Shown piece by piece: positions 13,255 to 26,589 of a stretch of 64,000 nucleotides of DNA. A program made the translations under genes and the position numbers. Below the pieces are notes generated by a model. That model was not told where the DNA came from. It saw only the letters and a program-made list of their open reading frames with translations, and searched no databases. The DNA comes from Octopus sinensis (lineage: Eukaryota), in NCBI RefSeq assembly GCF_006345805.1, contig NC_043011.1, forward strand, positions 40,498,464-40,562,463. The letters run 5' to 3'. Every line of letters starts with the position of its first letter. Within the stretch, counting starts at the first letter, position 1.

Positions 13255-13672
13255 TTTAAAATTTTGACACAAGGCCAGCAATTTCAGGGTAGGGGTAAAT
13301 CGATTACATTGATCCCAAAGTTCAATTGGTACTTATTTTATCGACACCGAAAAAAAAAATGAAAGGCAAAGTCGACTTCGCCGGAATTTGAACTTAGAAC
13401 ATAAAGACAGACGAAATGCCGCTAAGCATTTTGTCCAGCGTGCTAATGACTCTTCCATTTCAAATTTTGGCACATGGTTAGCAATTTCGAAGGAGGGTGA
13501 AAGGCGATTACATTGACCCCAGTGTTCACCTGGTACTTATTTTATCGATCCCGAAAGGAATGAAAGACATAGTCGACCTCGGCGGAATTTGAACTCAGAA
13601 CGTAAAGATGGACGAAATACCGGTAAGCATTTTGTCCGAAGTACTAACGACCCCGCCAGCTCGACGCCTTAA
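13255..13672 (-). mobile_element. Two tandem SINE family A copies
   Basis: Core gaaaggcaaagtcgac.tcg.cggaatttgaact occurs twice (13360 and 13562). Confidence 0.85.
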
Positions 13673-13766
13673 GGATGGATTAAATATTAGCGTCACTAAT
13701 ATTTCGGTTCACATAATTTAAAGGCTCGATAAATTACTCTACAAGGCAGCTGGTATTTATTATCAT

Positions 13767-14072
13767 GTTTGTTTGTTCCTTCTCGAGCCATGCCTGGCTC
13801 ATAAGGGCTGGTTTCCCGGTTTCCTTGGCGTATAGGTTCCCCACCTGGACGGGACGCCGATCCGTCGCAGGTGAGCTGCAAGATGCAGGAGGAAAGAGTG
13901 AGAGAAAGTTGTGGGGAAGGAGTCAGCAGAAGTTCGCCATTACCTTCTGCCGGAGCCGCGTTGAGCTTAGGTGTTTCGCTCATAAATACACACATCGCCC
14001 GGTCTGAAATTCGAACCCGCGATCCCACGACCGCGAATCCGCTGCTCTAGCCACTAGGCCATATGCCTCCAC
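13767..14072 (-). mobile_element. tRNA-derived SINE family C-related, full length with TSD
   Basis: Head gtggaggcatatggcctagtggctagagcagcgg...ggttcgaatttc, (aaac)n tail; 12-bp TSD atttattatcat at 13755-13766 and 14073-14084. Confidence 0.9.
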
Positions 14073-14164
14073 ATTTATTATCATAATAAGTAATAAATGA
14101 AGAAAACTTTCAATAAAATGTTTAATTAAAACATATTTTTAATGTATATGTATTTGTGTGAAGT

Positions 14165-14371
14165 GGTGAGGTGGCAGGTGGCAGAACTGTTAGCATGCCA
14201 GACAAAATGCGTAGTGACGTTTCGTTCGTCTTTACGGTCTGAGTCCAAATTCCGTCGAGGTCGACTTTACATTTCATCCTTTCGGATTCGACAAAATAAG
14301 TACCAGTTAAGAACTGAGATCGATGTAACCGATTTACACCCGAACTTGCTGGCCTTGTGCCAAAATTTGAA

Positions 14372-14373
<2 letters not shown>
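14165..14373 (+). mobile_element. SINE family A
   Basis: tggcagaactgttagc...gagtccaaattccgtcgaggtcgactttacatttcatcctttcgg. Confidence 0.8.
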
Positions 14374-14409
<36 letters not shown>

Positions 14410-15649
14410 ATTATATACTTCTTTGTTAGTTGTGGGAAGCATGTTTTTTTTCTTTTAAGAAATCGAATTATAACTTAGGAAAGATGTTAAAAAAAATGCT
14501 GGTTAAAAAGGGACACATCTCACAGTAAAAACATTGTGAAAAAAAGCCGGGACGTAAAATAAGAAATTAAATACGGTAATGGAATTTTGTCCATCAGTGT
14601 ACAGCACTAAAATATCGTTATAAACTGGAGATTTTTAACTAAAGAAAGAAAATGCTAATACGTATTAAGTGACATTTAACTATCGTGTTGATGGATTCCA
14701 AGTATAGATTTGTTAAATTTCTTTCTTTCTGGATAAGCGATAACACACATGCAATCAAGTTTTACACCAGTAAAAACGATTGTTAAAACTGATTGACGAA
14801 AAATAATGAACTAGGAGGGAGGGTGAAATTGAATTTATACAATTGTATTAAATTCTGCTTACGTGAATTCTGTTTACATGAATTCTGAAGCATTGCATTG
14901 CTGGCCTCGTTATCAAGAAGTTCACTTCGATATCGCCTGGTTCCGTGCTTGATCCCATTGCGAGGCAATTGAGAAGTAGCATTTATCATTACCATGCGAC
15001 ATTTAAAAAAATATTTTTCACACTGGTGTGGTCAGTTAACCGATTTCCATGGTGCATAAGTGACAGTGAACACAACATTCACCTCGAAGGAGACTCCGGT
15101 CTAGTGCAAGGTTGAAAAAGCTAGCAATCTTGTGGATTGGAGACAAGATGATTACATCAACACAGTACTTCATTAGTACTTTATTTTATCGACCCTGAGA
15201 CGATTAAAAGCAAAGTTGACCTCAGCTGGATTGCCGCTAAGCATTAGGTCCACCTTCATCATAGTGCAGATATGAAATATATATAGTTTACTGTCTATAA
15301 CGAACTGTCTTCAGCACAGCTACGTAAATTGAGCTACAGCACAGTAGTAACCTAGCTGCCTCCCACTATGAATAGTAGCTGTTTATGCTATCGATGGGAG
15401 AAAGTTGTTTGTTACATCTGCTCTGAGGATTAAGCATCATATAAAAGGTGAAACAGTTCGTCAGCGGCTCTCCTTACTCGTTTTATTGCGCACATCAAAA
15501 CAAACGATATATTCTCATATTCCGATGTAATTCATTATCACATCTAGTGGTTTTAAAATATTTAAATATATTTCCGTACATCTGATTCACCCAATGTTGA
15601 GAATAATACTTACACACACACACACAAACACCAGTGAGGGATGGTAGAA

Positions 15650-15938
15650 TGTTCTTTTCTACTCTAGGCACAATACCCGGAATTTTGGGGGAGGGGGCCT
15701 GTCAATTAGATCGATCCCAATATGAAATTGGTGCTTAATTTATCGACCCCGAAAGAATGAAAGGCAAAGTCGACTTCAGTGGAATAAAATATTCTTTTCT
15801 ACTATAAGCACAAGCCCCGAAATTTTGGGGGAGGGGGACAGTTGATTAGATCGACCCTAGTACGCAACTGATTCTTAATTTATCGATCCCAAAAGGATGA
15901 AAAGCAAAGTCGACCTCGGCGGAATTTGAACTCAGAAC
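15650..15938 (-). mobile_element. Two tandem 3' halves of SINE family A
   Basis: ttcttttctactct.ggcacaa...tatcgacccc.aaag.atgaaaggcaaagtcgac repeated at 15652 and 15793. Confidence 0.8.
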
Positions 15939-16021
15939 AGGATGTTTGAATGTTATAATATTGATGTAAATCTACGTGCCTCAAATTTATGGAAGAATAA
16001 TAGTCTTTATATCCACATCAG

Positions 16022-16400
16022 AGATCATTTCACTTTCATCGGCAGATCGAGAAATTAATTTTTTGTAACTAAACACTTTCAAACTTCAGACACTGGTAGA
16101 ATGTGTCATATAAAACATCTTTTACTCTTAGCTTTGTTGAGAAAAGTTTCTATTTGCGACGTTATTTCGTGTTAAACTTGTCGTAGTTCGGTAATTTCAA
16201 CCAATCAATGACGTGTATTCTGCTGAATAAAATTACTGCTGTTGTTTGTCAACAACTATCGGCGGTGGATATTTTCTTTTCTCACTCTTATTTATGACGT
16301 CGTTCGTGCGTTTGTACTGGTTTTTAGCTTTAGGGTTTTAGGGTTAGGGTTGGGGTTTTAGGGTTAGGGTTACGGAAAAAAGTGAAAAATTAAGAAATTA
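16022..16400 (+). mobile_element. DNA-transposon-derived element with internal TTAGGG-like repeats
   Basis: 16022-16215 is homologous to the reverse complement of 17240-17434; degenerate (TTAGGG)n at 16330-16372. Confidence 0.6.
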
Positions 16401-17019
16401 GAGGGGGAGGGGTAAGGGGGGCCCCAAAATTTCAAAATTCCGATTTTTGGCGATTTTCCGGAATCTTCGTATCCGAAAAGCAGTGTTTTTGGCAAATAGA
16501 TAAATAAATGAATAAATAAAAAATAAAATACAAAAAAAAAACCCCCACAATAATTTGCGAGAAAATGGTGCGGGGGAGGAAGTCTTTCCGAAAATAGTAG
16601 CTGAAATGAGAAACAAAGTTGCCCCTCAACAAGATTTGAACTCTTAACATTAACATTTGAATTTTGTCTGACGTGTTAGCGACAATATTAAAGCCACTCT
16701 TTTACTGTTGTTTATATTGAAAGTGTCTTCCCCACGCCAGACAGTTTTAGATTATTCCACTAAATATATTTTGTTATTTGTGATCTTCATTATCTCACTA
16801 TTTCATTTACCAATATATTACTTAATGAATAAATCTTTATTTTCCCCACTGATTGAGTACGTTTTAATGTGCTTTTACTATTCTAGTAAGACGTCTGTTT
16901 TGATATCTAGTTTACGATTTGAGCCTGCTGGCCTTTGCTCTAAAATCCGAAAAATAATCCGAAATTCTGAACATAACTGTTCCGGATAGAGGATTGTCTA
17001 CCTGTATATAAAAATATCG

Positions 17020-17434
17020 AGATCTTTTCGGTTTGAACGGCAGTTTTTTCTAGCGGTGTCATATGAAATTGTCACCCATAATTATGACCCTCGTATCGAT
17101 CTATTGCCTTTCAATCTGTTTTAGGGTTAGGGGTGGGGGGAAGGGTATCTTTTTTTCATCACAAATGTAAATAAACCCAATCTGTTTCTTAAACGAGGGA
17201 CATATTCATACAGCACAGAATGTTTTTTTTAACTCAATAGACGTCATTGATTGGTTGAAATTGCAGAAATTGAAGAAAAAAAAAACAACAAATATCTTAC
17301 AAACTATAGAATTTTCTCAATAAGGCCAAGAGAAAAAGATGTTTTATAAACACATTCTACCAGTATACGAAGTTTAAAATTTTTTAGTTACCTAGAAATT
17401 ATGTTAAAAACTGCCGTTCAAACCGAAAAGATCT
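17020..17434. mobile_element. MITE with perfect 28-bp TIRs and 8-bp TSD
   Basis: TIR agatcttttcggtttgaacggcagtttt / aaaactgccgttcaaaccgaaaagatct; TSD aaatatcg at 17012-17019 and 17435-17442. Confidence 0.92.
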
Positions 17435-17742
17435 AAATATCGTTAGCAAGTTGACCTCTGCGGGATTGTCCCTAAGCATTTTGCCCGTCTTCATCATAGG
17501 GCAGATATGAGATAAAGGCGTTGTCCGGGACAACGCTTTTACATTTTATCTGCTGTGGCCATGAAGTAGTCTGACTTACAAGAAATTATAAGTCCCACCT
17601 CTTAAATACTTAGATCCATGCAATAATTTATTACTAAAGATTTGATCTTATATCAGAAAAGTATAAAAGTAAATAATAAAATAAAATTGTTAAAGAAGTT
17701 GGCGTCGAAGTAAGATATGGGTACTGAGATAAAATTAACGTT

Positions 17743-17781
<39 letters not shown>

Positions 17782-17806
17782 TGACCAGTCTATTAATAGT
17801 TTAGGT

Positions 17807-18051
17807 CAGTGGTTCTCAACTGAGGTCCATACGACCTTTGGGAGTCCATATAAGATTTTGGTGTTAAAGTTTGGTTATACTTCTATAATACTCATAATAT
17901 TCTAATAACCTTCCTTTTTATACATTTCTTAATGATATTTAATTACAAAAATACATTAAGATCTTTTAAAGATCGAATGGCTGAGAGCCAATTCGAGAAG
18001 ATAGGAATCAAAGGGGTCTATAGGTAAAAAAGAAATGGTTGAGAATCACTG
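17807..18051. mobile_element. hAT/Charlie-like MITE
   Basis: TIRs cagtggttctcaac ... gttgagaatcactg; degenerate 8-bp TSD gtttaggt/attaaggt; related copy at 56900-57113. Confidence 0.8.
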
Positions 18052-18090
18052 ATTAAGGTGATTACTAGAACACATAAATAAATAGAATAA

Positions 18091-18250
18091 ATGACAGGTA
18101 GTCCATCGGTGTCCGATGACGACAAAGTCTGTGTTCTCAGCGATGAGAGCGCATGTGACTCGCCAGTCCAAAGCTGGAAGCACACAGCCGCCCACAGATG
18201 ATACAAGGGAGTCTGTTGACTAGATTGAGGCGGATATGGTCAGTAGAAAT
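18091..18250 (-). pseudogene. 3' end of an RTE-clade LINE (C-terminal C2H2 finger plus short 3'UTR)
   Basis: 18137-18211 minus reads LPCIICGRLCASSFGLASHMRSHR*, the C..C.R.C.S..GL.SH.R.H terminus typical of RTE ORFs. Confidence 0.75.
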
Positions 18251-18454
18251 AGGAGAATATAAAGGGCTAACCAAATGATGTTAGAAAAACAAAACGAGTG
18301 CATGGTTTGTTGGAATTTCACGCTCTGCTAGTTTTGAGGGATAGGAGCGTATTTTCAAGGACATTAATGTAGTATCAAGTACACACATTAACAATAATTA
18401 CAAGTGTATAAACACTCACTTTCATACACGCATATGTGGGAAGCAACATACATA

Positions 18455-18685
18455 TACTCTTTTACTCTTTTACTTGTTTCAGTCATCTGACTGCGGCCAT
18501 GCTGGAGCACCGCCTTTAGTCGAGCAAATCGATACCAGGACTTATTCTTTGTAAGCCTACGACTTATTCTATCGGCCTTTTTTTGTCGAACCGCTAAGTT
18601 ACGGGGACGTAACCACACCAGCATCGGTTGTCAAGCGATGTTGGGGAGACAAACACAGACACACAAACATATACACATACATACA

Positions 18686-18724
<39 letters not shown>

Positions 18725-18734
18725 TAATGCAGTA

Positions 18735-18804
<70 letters not shown>

Positions 18805-18985
18805 TATATATATGCATATATACCACGGGATTCTTTCCCTCTCCGTCTACCAAACCCACTCACAAGGCTTTTGTCGCCCCGAGGCTATAGTAGACGAAAC
18901 TTGCCTAAGGTGCCACGCAGTGGGACTGAACCTGGAACCATGTGGTTGGTAAGCAAGCTAGTTACCACACAGCCACTCCTATATG
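18455..18985 (-). mobile_element. SINE family B, full length
   Basis: Matches the consensus; expanded internal (TA)n; a partial plus-strand copy follows at 19210-19340. Confidence 0.9.
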
Positions 18986-19339
18986 CCTATATGTACAACC
19001 ATTTCACAAATGTATGCGCTAATAAAATATAGTATAAAGCACTTATTTCGACGTAATGGTATAATTACATAAGATTAATAATTCGTCAATTAAGCAAATG
19101 GGATTATAATCACATCAGTTGTCATTAAGCCTGGAACTTATTACACACAAAAAAGAAATAAAGGAAGTGAGTTTATTGCATTAACGCTTATAAGAGTTAA
19201 TATATATTTTCACTGGCTGTGTGGTAAGAAGATTGCTTCCCAACCACGTGCTTCCGGGTTCAGTCTCACTGCGTAGCACCTTGGGCAGGTGTCTTCTATA
19301 GTGGGTGGATTTGGTAGACGGAAACCAAAAGAAGCCCGT

Positions 19340-19389
<50 letters not shown>

Positions 19390-19547
19390 AAAAGGTACAT
19401 ATATATAGTAAGAAAAGGGAGGAAGAGAATTTCGATTAGCCCCACGTGGAGAGTTGTGAAGCAAAAATTATATATGTATAATAAAAGAAGGAAAATGCAC
19501 ACAGTTTACATAGTTTTAATATATTTTAAATGAAAGAGTATTGTGGC

Positions 19548-19580
19548 TGTCGACCGGTTTCGCTTTCGCTAATCAGGACA
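19548..19580 (-). ncRNA. Ultra-minimal hammerhead-like motif (G8 to U)
   Basis: Minus strand UGUC-CUGAUUA-GC-GAAA-GC-GAAA-CCGG-UC-GACA: stem I UGUC/GACA, palindromic stem III ACCGGU, GUC triplet. Confidence 0.65.
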
Positions 19581-20675
19581 TTGAAATGATTGTGCTTTCG
19601 TATTTTCTTAAGATTTTAGTCCATGTTATTGTATGAAAGTTTGTGAATGAATTAACTAGTAGAAAAATATAAGGGGAGGTAATTGGTGATAGTTATTATT
19701 CGGGACAGGGGAGGTAATTGCTCCTTTTTGAGATGAGATAAATAAACATACATAAACTCATTAGCTAAAGTAGTGAGATGAAATATGTGCAGTGATGGGT
19801 ATGTGATCATGAATTTAAATATATACTGAAACAAAAGTTGGTCATGCGTTCATATTTAACCGTGTTCTGTATTTTTTGATTAAAATATTTTCTTTATTTA
19901 AACGTTCTTGTACAGAAACTGTTTCTTTGCAATGATAGATGGGGGAAACTGTGAAATTTGCTGTGTGTGTTTGTGTGTGTGTGTGTGTGTGTGCGTGTGT
20001 GTATGTGTGCATGCGTGCATGTGTGTATAAGATGTGGAGTCTATCACAGAAAGCCCTTCTAACGGACTCGGCTATCAGTCCACATAGAAATCAATTTACA
20101 AAGATGTGTAATGTAACGTGTCCATGTAACTGAAAATCCCAAAGATCCGATCGATGTAATTTCCATACTGAAATTAATACTTACACGAAAAAGGTTGCAA
20201 AACGGCTGAACTCCTTCGGACGTCATTTGCCTAAATTAATGTATATTCACCTCTCATACCCACTGACTTCATGGCTTTATATTTACTCTTACACACATAA
20301 TTATGAATAAGTACATTGATAGCATATTACTCATATTTATGCGGTTGTATTTGTGCCTTTACAAAATGTACCTTTATAACGGAAACATGTTTGTAACTAT
20401 CGCCATTACTATGTTCTTTGTTCTCATTTCACAATCATACTTTTCCACAAAGTACCACTTTTTAACCTTACACAACCTCCTCTACAGATATTCTCAAGAT
20501 AAATAAACGTTATTTAGTTCAGAAAACTAATTTCCTCTGTTTAGACACTTGTGATTGTCACTTGTCAGTAGCGCATCATCGAAGCCAACCGCGACCACTA
20601 CAACCTTCAGCCACGTCACCACAATACTATACTTACCTTTCCGCCACTTTTGCTGCTGCTGTTACCACCACCACA

Positions 20676-20709
<34 letters not shown>

Positions 20710-21077
20710 GTTTATTTTATATCGGTAATTTGTGAACAATAGAGTTGTTAGTCACAAGTTATTAACGTGACTGTCAATGGATGACTGCATTTCTTCCGGC
20801 GGATGTGATGGAGAAGTGTAGGCAAATCGGTTTCCTCCCGAGGGATTTTGTTCCTAAATTAACGTTTTTCTTTTCCGTTTTCTCGCCGATGTTTCTGATC
20901 TAACCAATATATATTGGCCAAACATCTACACGTACACACATGTGCACACATATACACACACATGTATAGATACATACATACGTACATATATACGTTTAGA
21001 TATGTAACTATATGCATGAGAATACACGCATAAAACATACTAATCTGCACATACATACATACAAACAAAAATACTCG

Positions 21078-23495
21078 TTCCACGTGTTCCATACTATTGT
21101 CATCAAACTTTCAGACATGCTTTCCTTAATTTTGACCATTAATTTTCAGATATGTGTTCAAAATTTTTGTCCATTAATTTTCAGACATGTGTTCCATATT
21201 TTTTTCCATTAATTTTCAGATGGTGTCCCATAATTTTCTCGATACATTTTCAGAAATGTGTTCCATAAATTTATCGATCAATGTTTGGAAATCATTGGAA
21301 AAGACGTCTGAAAATTAGTAGATAAAAGTTTGGAAAACTTGTCTGAAAATTAGGGGACAAAAGCTTGGAACACACGTTTGAAAATTGGTGGACATAAATT
21401 GGGAATGCTAATTTTCAGACATGTGTTCCATAATTTTGTACATTAATTTTCAGACGTGTGTTCCATACTGTTGTCCGTTAATTTTCAGGCATGTGTTCTA
21501 AACTTTTGTACCTGAATTTTCAAGCAATTGTTCAATACATTTGTTCATTAAGTTTCAGACATTGCTTTAATACATATGTACCTAAAATTTCAGACATGTG
21601 TTCCATACTTTTGTCCATTAAGTTTCAAGCAGGTGTTCGATGCTACTGTCCATTAATTTTCAGACGTGTGTTCCTTACTTTTGTCCACTAATTATCAGAC
21701 AGGTGTTCCATTCGTTTGTACATTAATTTTCAGACATGTGTTCCTTACATTTGACCATTAATTTTCAGACATGTGTTCCATACATTTGTACATTAATTTT
21801 CTCAGAATGTCTTCCATACATTTGTCTACTAATTGTCAGACATATGTCTCTTAAATTTGTCCATCGATATTAAGACATGTATTCCTTACATTTGTCCATC
21901 GAATTTCAGACGTGTTCCTCACTTTTGTCGATCAATTGTCAGACATGTGTTCCTTACTTTTGTCCACTGATTTTCAGCTTTTTTCCGTAACTTTGTCCAT
22001 CGATTTTCTGACGTATGTTCCTTACTTTTGTCCATCGATCTTCTCACATGTTTTCTCTGCTTTCGTCCATGTATTTTCAGACATGTGGACCTTAACTTTT
22101 CCATCGATTTTCAGATGTGTTCTTTACATTTGTCCACTGATTTTCAGACATGTGTTCCCTACTTTTGTCCATCGTGTTTCAGACATGTGTTCCTTAATGT
22201 TGTCCATCGATATTAAGACATTTGTTCTTTATTTTTGACAAAAGTAAGGAACACATATCTGACAATCGACGGACAAAGGTGAGGGACATTCGTCTGAAAA
22301 TCGATGGAGAATCTTAAGGAATACATATCAAATAGTCTATGGACAATAGTAAGGAAAACAGGACTGAAAATCTGTGGACTAGAGTAAGGAATGCACGTCT
22401 GAAAATCGATGGACAAAATTATGGAGAACATGTCTAAAAATCAAAGAACAATATGCAAGGAACATATATCTGAAAATCGATGGACAAATGTAAGGAAGCA
22501 TGACAGAAAATCGATGGACAAAAGTAAGGAATAAATGTCTGAAAATCAGTGGACGAAAACAAGGAACACATGTCAGAAAATTAGTGGACAAAAGTAAGGA
22601 ACACATGTCTGACAATTGATGGACGAAAGTAAGGAACACATGTCTGCATATCGATAGACAAGTGTAAGGAACACATTTCTGAAAATGGTTGGTCAAATGT
22701 AAAGAACACATGTCTGAATATCAGTTGACAAAAGTAAGGAACAATGTCTGAAAATCGATGGACGAAACTAAGGAACACGTGTCTGAAAATCAGTGAAGAA
22801 ATATAAGGAACACATGTCTGAAAATCGATGGACAAATGTAAGGTGCAGAGGTCCTAAAATCGATGGACATAAGTACGGAATATATGTAAAAAAATCGATG
22901 GACAAATTTACGGAACACGTATTTGAATATCGATAGACAAAAGTAATTTTCAGACGTGTTCTAAACTTTTGTCCACTATTTTCCCGCCAATTATTTCATA
23001 CGTTTGTCTACTAATTCCAGGCCTGTGTCCCTAACTTTTCTCCATTAATTTTCAGACCTGCGTTCCATAATTTTGTCCCCTAATTTTGAGACACGTGTTC
23101 CATACTTTTGTCCACTAATGTCCAGGCCTGCGTTCCTAACTTTTGTCCATTAATTTTCAGACATGTGCTACATACTTTTGTCTTTTATGTTTCAGACCTG
23201 AGTTCCATACTCTTGTTCTCTAATTTCTAGACATGTGTTCGAAACTTATGTCCACACATTTTCAGGTTCGTGTTCCAAACTTTTGTCCATTTATTGTCAG
23301 ACATCTGTTCCAAGCTCTTGTACTCTGACTTTCAGACATATGCTCCATAGTTTAATTTCTTGGAACACTTGTCTAAAAAGTAGTGGATAAAAGTTTAGAC
23401 CCATATCTGAAAATTTGCGCCCAAAAGTTTAATTTTCACATCTGTGTTCCATACTTTTGTCCACTAATTTTCGGACATGTGTTCCATAATTTTTC
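21078..23495. repeat. 35-bp minisatellite, roughly 65 units, in alternating orientation blocks
   Basis: Unit aattttcagacatgtgttccatacttttgtccatt (35 bp; e.g. 21410-21444, next unit starts 21445); inverted blocks at ~21296-21405, 22237-22943 and 23360-23420. Confidence 0.95.
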
Positions 23496-23827
23496 TGGTG
23501 TTCATGGCAGCAATGGTGGCCGAGTTGCTAAATTAGTAGCAGTTAGTAAATTCAAAATTTGGCAATTCTTATCAAGAATGACTAACTATCCACTCTACAG
23601 TGTCAATGTGGCAAATTTTAGTTTAGAAGTATTACACGTTCTTATATAGCTAATTGATTAGTTCAATTCCCAGGACAAATATCCAAATATTGCTAAACGT
23701 CAACTGCCTTTGTAAATGGCATAAACATTCACGTTATACTGTGGCTGAGTCAACGTTTTACTCTGGAGCATACCTTTGTAATATAATAAAGGAAATTAAT
23801 GTGATATATCTAGACATTATCATTCTC

Positions 23828-24165
23828 TATAATGCTTCAGAAATAATATATCTCTTTATCGCTATATCTGTCCTCTTCCGACACAAATTATTAGCTTGGA
23901 AATGGGTCGAGGGATGTCAGCATGGAATCAATTTAGAACCAGAGTAATTCTTAAGGTGACAGTTACATCTTGGCGGAAGATAATTCGAATGCTTTAGAAA
24001 TAATACAATATAATGCTTCAGAAGTAATACATATCTTTATCGTCATATCTGTTCTCTTCGAACAGAAATGATTAGCTTGGAAATGTGTCGAGGGATGTCA
24101 AAATGAAATCAGTTTAGAACCAGAGCCATTCTTTAGGTGATAGTTACGTCTCGGTGGAAGATAAA
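23828..24165 (+). repeat. Tandem duplication, period ~181 bp
   Basis: tataatgcttcagaa...ttagcttggaaatg.gtcgagggatgtca...ggaagataa at 23828 and 24009. Confidence 0.9.
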
Positions 24166-25422
24166 CCGACGAGGACCGTTACGGTTTTGTTTCCCAGGCA
24201 ACGCTTGTGTATTTTTTAAAACTTTTCTTGAACAAACCACCTGAGAGAGACGCCAGTCCGTTTCAGTCTTCAGGGCCAGTAATTTTGAGGGGAGGGTGAA
24301 GAGAGTAGCATCGACACCAGTGTTTGATTGATACTTAATTTTATCGTCTCTGAAGTGATGAAAGGTAAAGTTGAGCTCCGCTTGATTTGAACACAGAGCG
24401 TAACAGCTTTTTTTCGACGCGCTAATGATTCCGCCAACTCGACGTCTTAAATCTTGTATATAATCTAGTCTAAACAGTGATAGGTTTGCGAGAAATGTCG
24501 TTGATCTATCTGTAATATAGACTTACAAAGTGAAAGTTCTGACCAACGAAGGAACTTTTGTTTAGTCGTTTGAACTGATAGAAACTGCAGTTAATTCTCC
24601 TTCAAATTGCATATTACCGTCTTCAAAACGGAAGGTCGCAGTTTTGGCTTTTGTAGTCGTAGATGCACAATGTTCAATAAAGGAAATTAAATAAAAAAAC
24701 AAAAATAACGGCTGTCAAATATCGCCTATCGCACCTTTCTACATTTTTTTAAATAGGGAAAAGGACATGTGAATTAAGAATAATCTAGTCCATGTTCAAT
24801 AAAAGGCTGGTGATTGTTATGATGTATATCATAATCGGTTTCTCCTGTTAAATACAACCGGGGCTAGAGAACAACAGCAGCTTCCGAGACATCTTGGGCA
24901 AGTGTTTTATATTATTTCCTCGGATTCTCCAATGTTTTGTAAGTGAAACTAAGAGAAAAATCGAGGGCACTCCTAGTCGAATCATCGAAAACACTGGGAT
25001 CCTTCGTTATATATATATATATATATATATATACATACACGCATATGTATACATACGTATATAGTAACAACTCAGAGACTACGAGAGAAAGTGAAACAAG
25101 TTTTCACCTGTAGAACTCGAAGTGAATAATAAAGCTATTAATATAGTTAGTAAATATTGGACTAGAAAACCTTTTCATAGAAACTGTCGAAGGCTGTCTG
25201 TGTCATGTTTACCGCTGTATGTTCGAACGCCATGGGCAGACTTCAACTTTTTTTAAAATTCAAAATGGTTTTTGATTTACTATATACATGCAGACATTAA
25301 TAGCTTTATATAATTCGATTTCTATAGATAAGGAAGAAAACGACATTACACACACACACACACACACATACACACACATGTATATGTATATATATATGTG
25401 TGTGTGTGTGTATGTGTGTGTG

Positions 25423-25480
<58 letters not shown>

Positions 25481-25506
25481 TTCATACATACATATATATA
25501 CATATA

Positions 25507-26556
25507 CAGACATGCAGGAAATAAATAGACACCATTAATTTTCAAAATGTAACCGATAGGTAGGACTACATACTTTAGTATTTAGTTCACATTCCATTTG
25601 CAGTTTTGAATTCAGAAACTCTTTTTGGCATTGAACTGATGAGCTTTCTGATTATCTCTTGGGGAATTCCTGTCCACTTTACACGCGACAATCGAAACAA
25701 TTCATCTTTAGATTTAGGTTTCTGTCAAGTTTTTGTATAGCCCTATCTAGTATGCTCCAAAGATTTTCAATTGGGTTCATGTCAGGAGATTGGCTCGGCC
25801 AAGGAAGGTTTTTGATCCCATTTTCAGTCAGCCATTGTTGATTCCTTTTCGCTGTGTGTCTTGGAGTCCCATCTTCCATGAATAGAAAACTCATTTTTCG
25901 TTGTGTTACCGTGTGAATACATCGGAAGTAGTCCTTGCTTAAGTATTTTGATGTATTTTTCAGAGTTCATGGTTCCAAGACATTCGATCAACTCAGAACG
26001 ACCATTACTGGTAACAACTCCCCATACCATTACAGAGATACCGCCATGTTTCCCAGTTGGCTGGAGTCGTTTCGAATCAAAATTTTGATGTGAAAGCTGT
26101 CTGAAAATAATGCAAACCTGGATTTATATGAGAAAATGACTCTATTCCAAAATAACCCATTTCTTTCTTTTCATGATATTAGTTGGTTGAAGGGGAGGTT
26201 TTCTTCTAGCTGCTCATCCATAATACCCAAACTTATGCAAATACATAACACATTCTTGGACTAACTTATAGCTGTTTTGCAATGTCGTTTTCCACATTCG
26301 TTTTCCACAATTCTCTTCAAACAGCGAAGCTTCCTTTCTGAGATCCCAGGTCGGCTGGGACGAGAATCTGTTGATTCTTTGCCTTGGCTTTTGAATTGCA
26401 CTATAGTTCTATTAACAGTAGCAAGAGGAATTTGAAGATTTTCGGCAATTTTTCGCTGGCTAAGACCAGCCTCGTGGCACCTGGAATGACCGCTGAAAAC
26501 ATTAAGACGCTTAGATCAGAATTTTGAAAATTAAAGGTGTCTATTTAATCTCTTTG

Positions 26557-26557
<1 letters not shown>
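25507..26557 (-). mobile_element. Decayed Tc1 (DD34E-type) transposon
   Basis: TIR core aaatagacacc.ttaattttcaaaat (25523) and its complement (26521-26546); transposase pieces [51 protein letters not shown]. Confidence 0.9.

Positions 26558-26589
<32 letters not shown>

Noticed and set aside
16330-16372. Telomere or chromosome fusion site
   Set aside because: Only a few degenerate TTAGGG units, located inside a transposon-derived element.
21078-23495. 35-bp repeats as a CRISPR array or a repeat protein
   Set aside because: Units are head-to-tail with no unique spacers, there are no cas genes and the context is eukaryotic. The 35-aa periodic ORFs arise because three 35-bp units cycle through the frames, and they occur on both strands.
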